Part shown: positions 39,922 through 47,600 of the stretch, piece after piece
Layout: each line of letters starts with the position of its first letter
Position numbering within the stretch: the first letter of the stretch is position 1
Source: an uncultured Pseudobdellovibrionaceae bacterium
Lineage (GTDB): Bacteria; Pseudomonadota; Alphaproteobacteria; Micavibrionales; Micavibrionaceae
Reading direction: 5' to 3'
Length of the DNA: 63,920 nucleotides
Assembly (NCBI GenBank): GCA_964368875.1
Contig: CAYJDG010000008.1
Span: 1-63,920, forward strand
Translations under genes and position numbers: made by a program
Notes under the pieces: model-generated
The model's database searches: none
Told to the model about the DNA's origin: nothing
The model's input: the letters and a program-made list of their open reading frames with translations, nothing else

Positions 39922-40884
39922 ATGACTTACAACCCAGATTTGCTTGATCGCGCGAAGCGGCACCCGGAGAAACAAAAGAATCCGGACCGGCCTATGGGCA
40001 AAAAACCTGACTGGATCCGCGTCAAGGCTCCGCAAGGCACGACTTATGCCGAGACCAAAGAGATCGTCAAACAATTCAAACTGACCACCGTCTGCGAAGA
40101 AGCAGGCTGTCCGAATATCGGCGAGTGCTGGAACAAGAAGCACGCGACCTTCATGATCATGGGCGAGGTTTGCACCCGCGCCTGCGCCTTCTGCAATGTC
40201 GCCACCGGCAAGCCGGAAGAGCTCGACAAGATGGAGCCACTGCGAGTTGGCGTTGCCGTAGAAAAGATGGGCCTGAAGCACGTCGTCATCACATCAGTCG
40301 ACCGTGACGATCTGAAAGATGGCGGGGCAGATCACTTTGTCAAAACGATTGCTGCGATCCGGTTTAAATCACCTGAGACGACGATCGAAATTCTGCCGGG
40401 TGATTTTCGCGGTGACATGGAGTCCATTGAAGCCGTGATCCGTGCACGTCCCGATGTATTCAACCACAACCTTGAAACGGTTCCGCGCCTGTACCCGACT
40501 GTGCGTCCCGGAGCTCGGTATTTCCGCTCGCTGCGTCTGCTTCAGCGTGTGAAGGAAGTCGATCCGTCGATTTTCACAAAATCCGGCCTGATGGTCGGCC
40601 TTGGTGAAACACGCGAAGAAGTTGCGCAGGTCATGGATGATATGCGTGCTGCTAATATAGATTTTCTTACTGTCGGCCAATATCTGCAGCCAAGCCCGAA
40701 GCATGCTCCGGTGGACCGCTTCTGGACCCCGGAAGAATTCGCGGCCCTTGAAAAGATGGCCCGTGCCAAAGGCTTCCTGATAGTCTCGGCTTCACCTCTG
40801 ACCCGGTCGAGCCACCATGCTGGTGAAGATTTTGAGAGATTAAAAGTGGCTCGCCAGGGAACTAAACTCGCGGCAGCTGAATAG
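39922..40884 (+). CDS. lipA: Lipoyl synthase
   Basis: 320 aa; radical-SAM CTRACAFC plus the N-terminal [12 protein letters not shown] cluster. Confidence 0.97.
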   Translation: MTYNPDLLDRAKRHPEKQKNPDRPMGKKPDWIRVKAPQGTTYAETKEIVKQFKLTTVCEEAGCPNIGECWNKKHATFMIMGEVCTRACAFCNVATGKPEELDKMEPLRVGVAVEKMGLKHVVITSVDRDDLKDGGADHFVKTIAAIRFKSPETTIEILPGDFRGDMESIEAVIRARPDVFNHNLETVPRLYPTVRPGARYFRSLRLLQRVKEVDPSIFTKSGLMVGLGETREEVAQVMDDMRAANIDFLTVGQYLQPSPKHAPVDRFWTPEEFAALEKMARAKGFLIVSASPLTRSSHHAGEDFERLKVARQGTKLAAAE

Positions 40885-40894
40885 TCTTATAAGT

Positions 40895-40923
40895 TTGACT
40901 ATTTATGGCGGTTTCCCTATAGC
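40895..40923 (+). promoter_or_regulatory. Sigma70-like promoter candidate giving a possibly leaderless transcript for the HD gene at 40931
   Basis: TTGACT-N17-TATAGC, ending 7 nt before ATG 40931. No SD upstream of that ATG. Confidence 0.35.
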
Positions 40924-40930
40924 CATAGCC

Positions 40931-41644
40931 ATGAATTTTCCTACTCCACCACCTGTCAGCTTGTGCGAAGAATTCGTCTTCCATGCTGGTCGTCCGGATA
41001 TGATGGACAAGCAGGGCTTTTTGCTCGGGTTGAAGCGGTCACTCGAGCAAGGCGTTATCAGCTATGAGCAATGCGCCATGGAGATTGCCCACTTCGTTCA
41101 CTACGGAGAAAAACGCCGTTCGTATGACGAAAGCGGCTGGTGCAAAGAATACATTAGCCACGTTCTTGAGGTTTATAATGGGCCAGAGTTATTCAGCGAC
41201 TATTTTGTAGCTGAATATACGGAAGAAGAACGCATGCTGGCATTGGTGCATGACGTTGTTGAAAAACGTATACCCGGCGCCCAAAAATGGACTTTGGACG
41301 ATTTCCGGTTTCTGGGCTTCAACGAACCTTTCATTGAAAACCTGGATGCCATCAGCAAACGGCAGGGCGAGACATACGCAGATTATATTCTGCGCGGATC
41401 CTATTTTCCGAGCGTTCGCAAAGTTAAAATCTATGACAATCTCTCCAATTCTCTCGATAGCCCGTCCGATCATCAGGAGCTGCGCTATATGGTCAGCCTG
41501 CCGTATCTGATCGCGATCGATGCTGGGGCGATTCCTTTGGGGACTCATCCGGGGGTCTACGCAGAGCGGATCGGGCGCGGAGATATCTTCAAACAGTCGA
41601 TGATTATGCCCCCATCCGGATGGGGCGAGTTTGCTAAGAAGTAG
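40931..41644 (+). CDS. RelA/SpoT-hydrolase-like HD domain protein (small alarmone hydrolase-like), paralog A
   Basis: KEYISHVLEV, LALVHDVVEK, FIENLDAISKR and VKIYDNLSN follow the order and spacing of the Rel/SpoT hydrolase motifs (HP..VA, HDvvED, v.gVTK, KlaDRLhN). No synthetase domain. The ORF-track TTG at 40895 is an alternative start. Confidence 0.6.
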   Translation: MNFPTPPPVSLCEEFVFHAGRPDMMDKQGFLLGLKRSLEQGVISYEQCAMEIAHFVHYGEKRRSYDESGWCKEYISHVLEVYNGPELFSDYFVAEYTEEERMLALVHDVVEKRIPGAQKWTLDDFRFLGFNEPFIENLDAISKRQGETYADYILRGSYFPSVRKVKIYDNLSNSLDSPSDHQELRYMVSLPYLIAIDAGAIPLGTHPGVYAERIGRGDIFKQSMIMPPSGWGEFAKK

Positions 41645-41761
41645 CCAAAACCCTCAGATTCCTGCGCTTTTTCAAGTTTAGAAGGGTCTTAAGTAGAGCC
41701 TTAAAATATTATACATAATTTATTTGCCTTTTTCGGCAAATCACTCTAGTTTCCTGCCACC

Positions 41762-43138
41762 ATGGCGGAAAACGACCCCAAGCCAACTGTCACCCCATCC
41801 TTTATGCAGGCTGCCGCGCAGCTGCGCAGCCGGATCGCTGCGTTTGCACGCATGGTCGGAACTGAATACCTCGCTGCAAAAATTCCACAAAAGAAAGATC
41901 AACGCTTTGCGATCAATCCTGTGACACTGCTGAATGTTGTCGGTAACTCCTTCAGAGCTGCCAATATCGACCTTTATCAGGCTGCGCTGCTGCTTGAAAT
42001 CAACTGTAACCGTGGTCATGACAATGGCGTAGATCATCCTCTGCGTTTGATCGAATTACACAATAATGATGATGTAGATTTCTCTCATAAGACTGGCTCG
42101 TTGCTGCAGTCCCTGATGAAGTGGGGATACTCGTATGATGATTTTTTAAAATCTGGAATTCTTAAAAAGCCTTCCAGTTTAAACGAGGATTTTACTCTCG
42201 AAGATATCTATGAAGAAAATGGTATTCGACTAGCTGAGCCAGAAGCGCCACATACAAATGGCGATCCTAGAGACGAGGTTGTCGCTGTTAATTTGCTCGC
42301 GCCTCATAAGAAGCAAAAGACCTTCTCCGCTATTCCAAAACCGATTTTCCTTAAGTTGATAACGACAGCAATGTCGAATGGCGACATGAATTATATGCAA
42401 GCCACCATGATGTTATCGGTGAACTGCCATTCTCTTGAAACGCGCCGTAAAGGTCAGCGTTATATTGATCATACCATGGGTGTCGCGCATGATCCCAAGT
42501 TGAATAAGGATCAGAGATTCATCGCCTTAATCCATGATGTCATCGAAAATTCGAACATTACGCTTGAAGATTTACGCAATATAGGTCTGCCGGGGTATAT
42601 GATCGATGCGGTAGATGGAATAACTATTCGGGCAGATGAAAAAGAAGACTACGAAAGTATTCCTCTTGCACAGCTTCGCCGTATGGATGCTACAGATCCT
42701 AGCCAATTTAAAGGTTACTATAACTTCATTGAGCGTTGTTCGCGCAATATGCATTCAAACGCCGTCAAATGCGCTGATATCCGTCATAATATGCGGGATG
42801 CGAAACCCCACAAGATGCTCGAGTACAGTATCGCACTTGGTTATCTCGAGGCTGTGACGGCAGGCGAAATCAAGGCTGGCTCTTCGCTCAGAGCGTGGGC
42901 GATGCACGCAATGCCGGATCAGTATGCCGAAGTCATGACACGCAAACTCAAGAAACTTGCCGATGCTATAGAGATAAAAAGCCGCGGGCCGGGAGCTGAA
43001 GCTCACAAAGGCTACTCTCTTTCAGATTTCGGTATCACTGTGCCTCCACCGCCTCAGCCAATCCGTGGCACTGACATTCAGATCGAAAGTCTAGACCCTG
43101 CGGCTGCAAATGCGAAACTAGGCCTAAAACCACAGTAA
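41762..43138 (+). CDS. RelA/SpoT-hydrolase-like HD domain protein, paralog B, with N-terminal degenerate repeat and C-terminal tail
   Basis: KGQRYIDHTMGVA, FIALIHDVIEN, MIDAVDGITIR and VKCADIRHNMRD closely match SpoT hydrolase motifs. 458 aa. No SD before the ATG. A 100-nt sample in the 5' half is about 38% GC. Confidence 0.65.
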   Translation: MAENDPKPTVTPSFMQAAAQLRSRIAAFARMVGTEYLAAKIPQKKDQRFAINPVTLLNVVGNSFRAANIDLYQAALLLEINCNRGHDNGVDHPLRLIELHNNDDVDFSHKTGSLLQSLMKWGYSYDDFLKSGILKKPSSLNEDFTLEDIYEENGIRLAEPEAPHTNGDPRDEVVAVNLLAPHKKQKTFSAIPKPIFLKLITTAMSNGDMNYMQATMMLSVNCHSLETRRKGQRYIDHTMGVAHDPKLNKDQRFIALIHDVIENSNITLEDLRNIGLPGYMIDAVDGITIRADEKEDYESIPLAQLRRMDATDPSQFKGYYNFIERCSRNMHSNAVKCADIRHNMRDAKPHKMLEYSIALGYLEAVTAGEIKAGSSLRAWAMHAMPDQYAEVMTRKLKKLADAIEIKSRGPGAEAHKGYSLSDFGITVPPPPQPIRGTDIQIESLDPAAANAKLGLKPQ

Positions 43139-43176
43139 CTGTTTATTCCTGACGCTAAACCGTTCATAAAGGCGTT

Positions 43177-43620
43177 ATGCCGACTCACGCCGAAAAACGT
43201 ACCCTTCCTTATACCCGCGACCAGTTGTTTGCTCTGGTTGCAGAGGTCGAAAAATATCCGGAATTCCTTCCCTGGTGCCTGTCATCGCGGATTACGCGGC
43301 GCGATGGCGATGATGTTTTTTATGCTGATCTCGTGATCGGCTATAAACTTGTCCGTGAAAAATTCACATCGAAGGTCGTGCTCAGCCGTCCCGATAAAAT
43401 CCGGGTGGAATACCTGCGCGGTCCACTTAAATACCTTTCCAACAAATGGGAATTCATCGAGGAGGCAGACGGACGCTGCACGATCGATTTTTATGTCGAC
43501 TTCGAATTCCGCAATCTGGTTTTCCAGAAGCTGATGGGCGTTTTCTTCAACGAGATTGTGCGCCGCATGGTCGGTGCGTTTGAAAAACGCGCGCGAGACT
43601 TGTATACGCCAGTGAATTAA
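43177..43620 (+). CDS. ratA: SRPBCC family protein (RatA/Coq10-like)
   Basis: 147 aa; VAEVEKYPEFLPWC and a START/polyketide-cyclase-like fold pattern. Conserved neighbour of lipA. Confidence 0.85.
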   Translation: MPTHAEKRTLPYTRDQLFALVAEVEKYPEFLPWCLSSRITRRDGDDVFYADLVIGYKLVREKFTSKVVLSRPDKIRVEYLRGPLKYLSNKWEFIEEADGRCTIDFYVDFEFRNLVFQKLMGVFFNEIVRRMVGAFEKRARDLYTPVN

Positions 43621-43660
43621 CGCAGGATACGGCGACCTTACCGCAAAGGAGCCCGTTCTC

Positions 43661-44407
43661 ATGAAACTTTTATCGACGCTTATTCTTTTGTCCCTGACAC
43701 TGGCAGGCAATGCCCTGGCACAGGATGTACAACCTAAACCACTGGAACCCGGCCAAACGATTGTAACGCTCGCCGCAACCGAGCAAATGAATCTGCAGCA
43801 GGATCAGTTACAGGGTAGTCTGCGCATCGAAGTGGATTCCAAAGTCGCGAAAGACGTTCAAGATAAAATCAATAAGGCCATGCAGGCTGCACTCGCCTTG
43901 GGCAAAGATTACAAGGATGTGAAGGTTAGCACTGGTCAATACTATGTGTATCAGTTTGATCCAACTCCCATGCCGGTATCCGTGAAAGATACGAAGGGCC
44001 GCATGATGTGGAAGGGAAATCAGACGATTGACCTTAAAAGCAAAAATTCTGAGCAACTTCTGGAGCTTGCAGGAAAAATTCAAGAGCTGGGCTTTGTCAT
44101 GAACGGCCTGAACTACACGCTCTCGCCGGAACAAGAAGAGGCCTACAAAGATACCTTGATGGGTGGGGCGCTGAAGAAAATCCAGGCGCGCGCCGCTCTG
44201 GCAGCAAAAGCTTTGGGTAAAAGCAGCTATGAAATCATCGAGGTCAACATCGATAACCCCGGCATGACTCCGCCAATGCCGATGTATAAAGCTGCTCGTA
44301 TGGAAATGTCGATGGCGGCCAGTGCGGACATGAGCGCACCAGTTGCGCAGTCCGGTGAGCAGGCCGTTGCTATGACCGTAAATGCACGGGTTTTGCTGAA
44401 ACCTTAA
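43661..44407 (+). CDS. SIMPL domain (DUF541, BP26/YggE-like) periplasmic protein
   Basis: Signal peptide plus an overall pattern typical of SIMPL proteins. AAGGAG SD. Confidence 0.6.
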   Translation: MKLLSTLILLSLTLAGNALAQDVQPKPLEPGQTIVTLAATEQMNLQQDQLQGSLRIEVDSKVAKDVQDKINKAMQAALALGKDYKDVKVSTGQYYVYQFDPTPMPVSVKDTKGRMMWKGNQTIDLKSKNSEQLLELAGKIQELGFVMNGLNYTLSPEQEEAYKDTLMGGALKKIQARAALAAKALGKSSYEIIEVNIDNPGMTPPMPMYKAARMEMSMAASADMSAPVAQSGEQAVAMTVNARVLLKP

Positions 44408-45321
44408 GCCGCGAGATCTTTTTCGCCATCATAATGAGGGGAGCGCAAGCTTCCCTCATAATTTTTGCCTGATAGGGTTTGCAGGGGCGTAGTTAGTGCG
44501 CGGTTACGGCGCATGTCGTCGAAGCCCGAGACATGCAGGACGCTGATCGGTTGATGCGGTAGGAACGGCTCGACAAACATCTGGCGGTCCTCATCCCATG
44601 TCGGTTCAAACTCACAGAGCCAATGGCACCAAGCCGGAAGAATCTCGAATGGATAGCCGCCGAGATAGCACATCATACCAAGCGTCAGTTGCTCAGCTGT
44701 GAAAACCTTGCCCTTTTTGAGGGCTTTTTTGATCAGGGATTGCCAGTAAACCCAATGCGGGGCATCACCGCGTAAGGCAAACATACCAGCCAAAAGGACA
44801 TGATAAGGGTAAAGTTCCTTCGCAGTTTTAAAACCGAAGGCTTTCTTCGCGTTGCTGAAATAGAACCCGCGCAATTTGAGCGGCAGCCAGCCCAGCCATT
44901 TAATCCGCACAGCGCGGGGATAGGCGCGATCAACCTGTCCGGTCAGTGTAATGTGGCCCTTCTGCGCCCCGCGAATGAAGAGCTCTAACCCTTCCCAGTT
45001 TTGTACCCATGCATCGGGATCAATCCAGATATAGATATCGTATTCAGGGAAAAAGTTGGGGAGCCACGGTTTGCAGACGCAGGATTTCAGGAACTCCCGC
45101 CCGCGAATTTTCCATGACGGAATTTCGCACGGCCAGTCGGGGGCATGCATATGGTTGACGTTATATTGCAACCATACGCGGTCTTCATCGGTCAGCCCTG
45201 TATCCAGCACAGCGAAGCTGAATTCAGCCGCTTGCGGCAGGCGTTTGACCGAATGAATCATCTCTTTCAGCATCGGAAAATAATTCGTGTCACAGCCGGA
45301 GCAGATGAGAATTCTAGGCAT
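44404..45321 (-). CDS. Putative nucleotide-sugar glycosyltransferase (GT8-like fold)
   Basis: ILICSGCDTNYFPM, a DxD-like WIDPDAW and a later LHVSGFDD resemble the GT8 motif order. Overlaps the cinA 3' end by 8 nt. Family assignment is tentative. Confidence 0.45.
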   Translation of the reverse strand: MPRILICSGCDTNYFPMLKEMIHSVKRLPQAAEFSFAVLDTGLTDEDRVWLQYNVNHMHAPDWPCEIPSWKIRGREFLKSCVCKPWLPNFFPEYDIYIWIDPDAWVQNWEGLELFIRGAQKGHITLTGQVDRAYPRAVRIKWLGWLPLKLRGFYFSNAKKAFGFKTAKELYPYHVLLAGMFALRGDAPHWVYWQSLIKKALKKGKVFTAEQLTLGMMCYLGGYPFEILPAWCHWLCEFEPTWDEDRQMFVEPFLPHQPISVLHVSGFDDMRRNRALTTPLQTLSGKNYEGSLRSPHYDGEKDLAA

Positions 45322-45799
45322 GATGAGGGCCGATCATTTCAAGGATATGGGTAAAAGCGGAGTCGACGCTTTGCTGGCGCACGGCGGCGCGGTCGCCGTA
45401 AAAAGTATGACGGAAGATTTGCGCGGGCTGACCTTTGATCGCGACAGCTATAAAAACTAACCCGACTGGTTTTTCGGGGCTGCCGCCACCCGGTCCAGCG
45501 ATGCCGGTGACCGAGACGCCGATCATTGCTTCGCTGTGCTTGAGAACGCCGCCGACCATGGCCTGAGCCGTATGCTCACTGACAGCGCCGTGGCCTTCGA
45601 GAATGGGTTGGTAAACATCCAGCAGGTCGATTTTCGACTGGTTCGAATAGGTGACGAAGCCGCGGTCGAATACATCGGAGGAGCCTGGCAGATCGGTGAT
45701 CGCGGCAGAGAGCATGCCGCCTGTGCAGGATTCAGCCGCAGCCAGTTTCCAGCCGCGTTTACGCAGTTCAAGTGTGACCTGTTCAGCCAGGGAGGACAT
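45314..45799 (-). CDS. pncC: CinA C-terminal domain protein / nicotinamide-nucleotide amidohydrolase PncC
   Basis: AAESCTGGMLSAAITDLPGSS and FVTYSNQSK motifs. ATG at 45799. Confidence 0.9.
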   Translation of the reverse strand: MSSLAEQVTLELRKRGWKLAAAESCTGGMLSAAITDLPGSSDVFDRGFVTYSNQSKIDLLDVYQPILEGHGAVSEHTAQAMVGGVLKHSEAMIGVSVTGIAGPGGGSPEKPVGLVFIAVAIKGQPAQIFRHTFYGDRAAVRQQSVDSAFTHILEMIGPHHA

Positions 45800-46325
45800 A
45801 GTAAATCCCCCATAAAACAATGATCGAATAGACCGCCGCGAAAAGATCGTCGATCATCACGCCCCATGCGCCCGGGATCGATTTATCTGCCCATGACACA
45901 GGCCATGGTTTGAAAGTATCGAAGGCGCGGTAGACAAAAAATGCGAGCGCAATGAACAGCGGATTGAAGACCGGCAGAGTGAGGATGATAAGAAAGGTCG
46001 CAGACACTTCATCGATAACATAGCATGGGCTGTCATGGATGCCGGTGCGCTCTTCGGTCAGCTTCACGGCAAAGAAGCCGACGACTGTGACGATGAGGAA
46101 ACCGATGAAGAGCGACATCGGGCCAATCAAATACAGAAAGACGGCGAACGGAAGGGCGGCGAGGGTTCCCCATGTCCCAGCGGCAGGAAAAAGAAAGCCG
46201 CTACCGAACCAGGTGGAGATCAGGATTTCAGGATCGGTTGCCCGAACTTTGGCGAGTAAGGCGCGGCGTCCGGCGAGCTCCTCCCGGCAAATTTCAAAAA
46301 ACTTATCGACGATTTTCATGATCAT
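45783..46325 (-). CDS. pgpA: Phosphatidylglycerophosphatase A
   Basis: FGSGFLFPAAGTWGTLAALP, VIDEV and FDTFKPWP...GVMIDDLFA motifs. Confidence 0.9.
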   Translation of the reverse strand: MIMKIVDKFFEICREELAGRRALLAKVRATDPEILISTWFGSGFLFPAAGTWGTLAALPFAVFLYLIGPMSLFIGFLIVTVVGFFAVKLTEERTGIHDSPCYVIDEVSATFLIILTLPVFNPLFIALAFFVYRAFDTFKPWPVSWADKSIPGAWGVMIDDLFAAVYSIIVLWGIYYVLPG

Positions 46326-47509
46326 GTTGGGAACCTGACTGTTGCAAGAGCTTGTGCCACAAGGCCTTCTTCACGCCCGGTAAAGCCAAGACGCTCGGTG
46401 GTTGTGGCCTTGATCGCAACCGAGGTTGCCGGCAGACCAAGTATGTCGGCGATACGCGTCTGCATGGCGGAGCGGTGCGGTGATATCTTGGGGTTTTCAC
46501 CTAGAATAGTAATATCGATGTGAATGATCTCGCCTTGTTGCGCGGTGACCAGCTCAAGCGCTTTGCGCAAGAAGACGGCACTGTCCATATTTTTGAATGT
46601 CATGTCGGATGGCGGGAAATGTGTGCCGATATCACCTGCGGCAATCGTACCGAGCAGAGCATCGGTGACCGCATGCAGAACAACGTCGGCATCGGAATGT
46701 CCGGAAAGTTTTTTACTGTGAGGAATGTCAATTCCACCAAGGCGAATAGTGCCATCGCCGGGGATCAACGCGTGGACATCATAGCCGAGTGCGGTGCGGG
46801 TGACGGATGGGGGATTGAGGAGGGCTGACGCCATAATCAGGTCTTCGGGTGTGGTTATTTTCAAATTATTCCGGGAGCCGGGCAGGGTATATACATCAAC
46901 ACCATACGCCGAAACGACCCCGGTATCATCAGTAATATCAGCGAGTTTTCGGGCGGATTCATGGGCCTTGAGAATGGTCGCGTACTGAAAACCCTGAGGG
47001 GTTTGCAGCGCCCACAGACCAGTGCGGTTGATCGTATCATCCAAAACACCCTGATCGACCCGGCGCAAAGTATCGCTGACCGCAACACCGAGGGTCACGG
47101 CGCTCTGTGTCGCTAGGGCATCGGCAACGGAACAGATCAGAGTCTGATCAATCAGCGGGCGGGCTCCATCATGGATAAGCACCGGATGAGTGGGAGATAA
47201 ATTCGTCAGGGATTGCAGAGCGTTATAGACACTGTCTTTGCGTTCTTTGCCACCGTGCACAGGGGACGGCAGATCAAGTCCGGCGACGGCATCGCGGTAG
47301 AGTGGCTCATGGGCAGGATCGATAACAACGCGCAGATCGGAGAGTCGCGCCCCACATTTCAGGAAAGCATCGATGGCGTGACGCAGGACGGTCTTGCCGT
47401 TCAGTCGCGCATATTGTTTGGGCAGATCGCCACCAAAACGCTGGCCGCTTCCACCCGCGACGATAATCGCGGCAAAAGAGGGGCCTGGGGGTTGAGAAAC
47501 ACTGTTCAT
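46322..47509 (-). CDS. ispDF: Bifunctional IspD/IspF (MEP cytidylyltransferase / MEcPP synthase)
   Basis: 395 aa. N-terminal IIVAGGSGQRFG; C-terminal IspF region GYDVH...GHSDADV. Confidence 0.95.
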   Translation of the reverse strand: MNSVSQPPGPSFAAIIVAGGSGQRFGGDLPKQYARLNGKTVLRHAIDAFLKCGARLSDLRVVIDPAHEPLYRDAVAGLDLPSPVHGGKERKDSVYNALQSLTNLSPTHPVLIHDGARPLIDQTLICSVADALATQSAVTLGVAVSDTLRRVDQGVLDDTINRTGLWALQTPQGFQYATILKAHESARKLADITDDTGVVSAYGVDVYTLPGSRNNLKITTPEDLIMASALLNPPSVTRTALGYDVHALIPGDGTIRLGGIDIPHSKKLSGHSDADVVLHAVTDALLGTIAAGDIGTHFPPSDMTFKNMDSAVFLRKALELVTAQQGEIIHIDITILGENPKISPHRSAMQTRIADILGLPATSVAIKATTTERLGFTGREEGLVAQALATVRFPT

Positions 47510-47600
47510 CCTCTTGTTTTAGCTTGCTTTTTTGTCTCCGAATAGAGATATTTCACGGACTTATCCCTTAAAAACCAGAGATTTGTCTATAGTAGCCGTC

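Noticed and set aside
39612-40884. The small 56-aa ORF plus the divergent radical-SAM gene as a RiPP precursor/maturase pair
   Set aside because: The radical-SAM protein is a canonical lipoyl synthase, with both LipA cluster motifs, full length and the conserved position. No other modification, protease or export genes are nearby.
43177-43620. RatA as the toxin of a toxin-antitoxin module
   Set aside because: There is no small antitoxin-like partner gene. The gene is the conserved SRPBCC/Coq10-like neighbour of lipA in alphaproteobacteria, so a housekeeping role is more likely.
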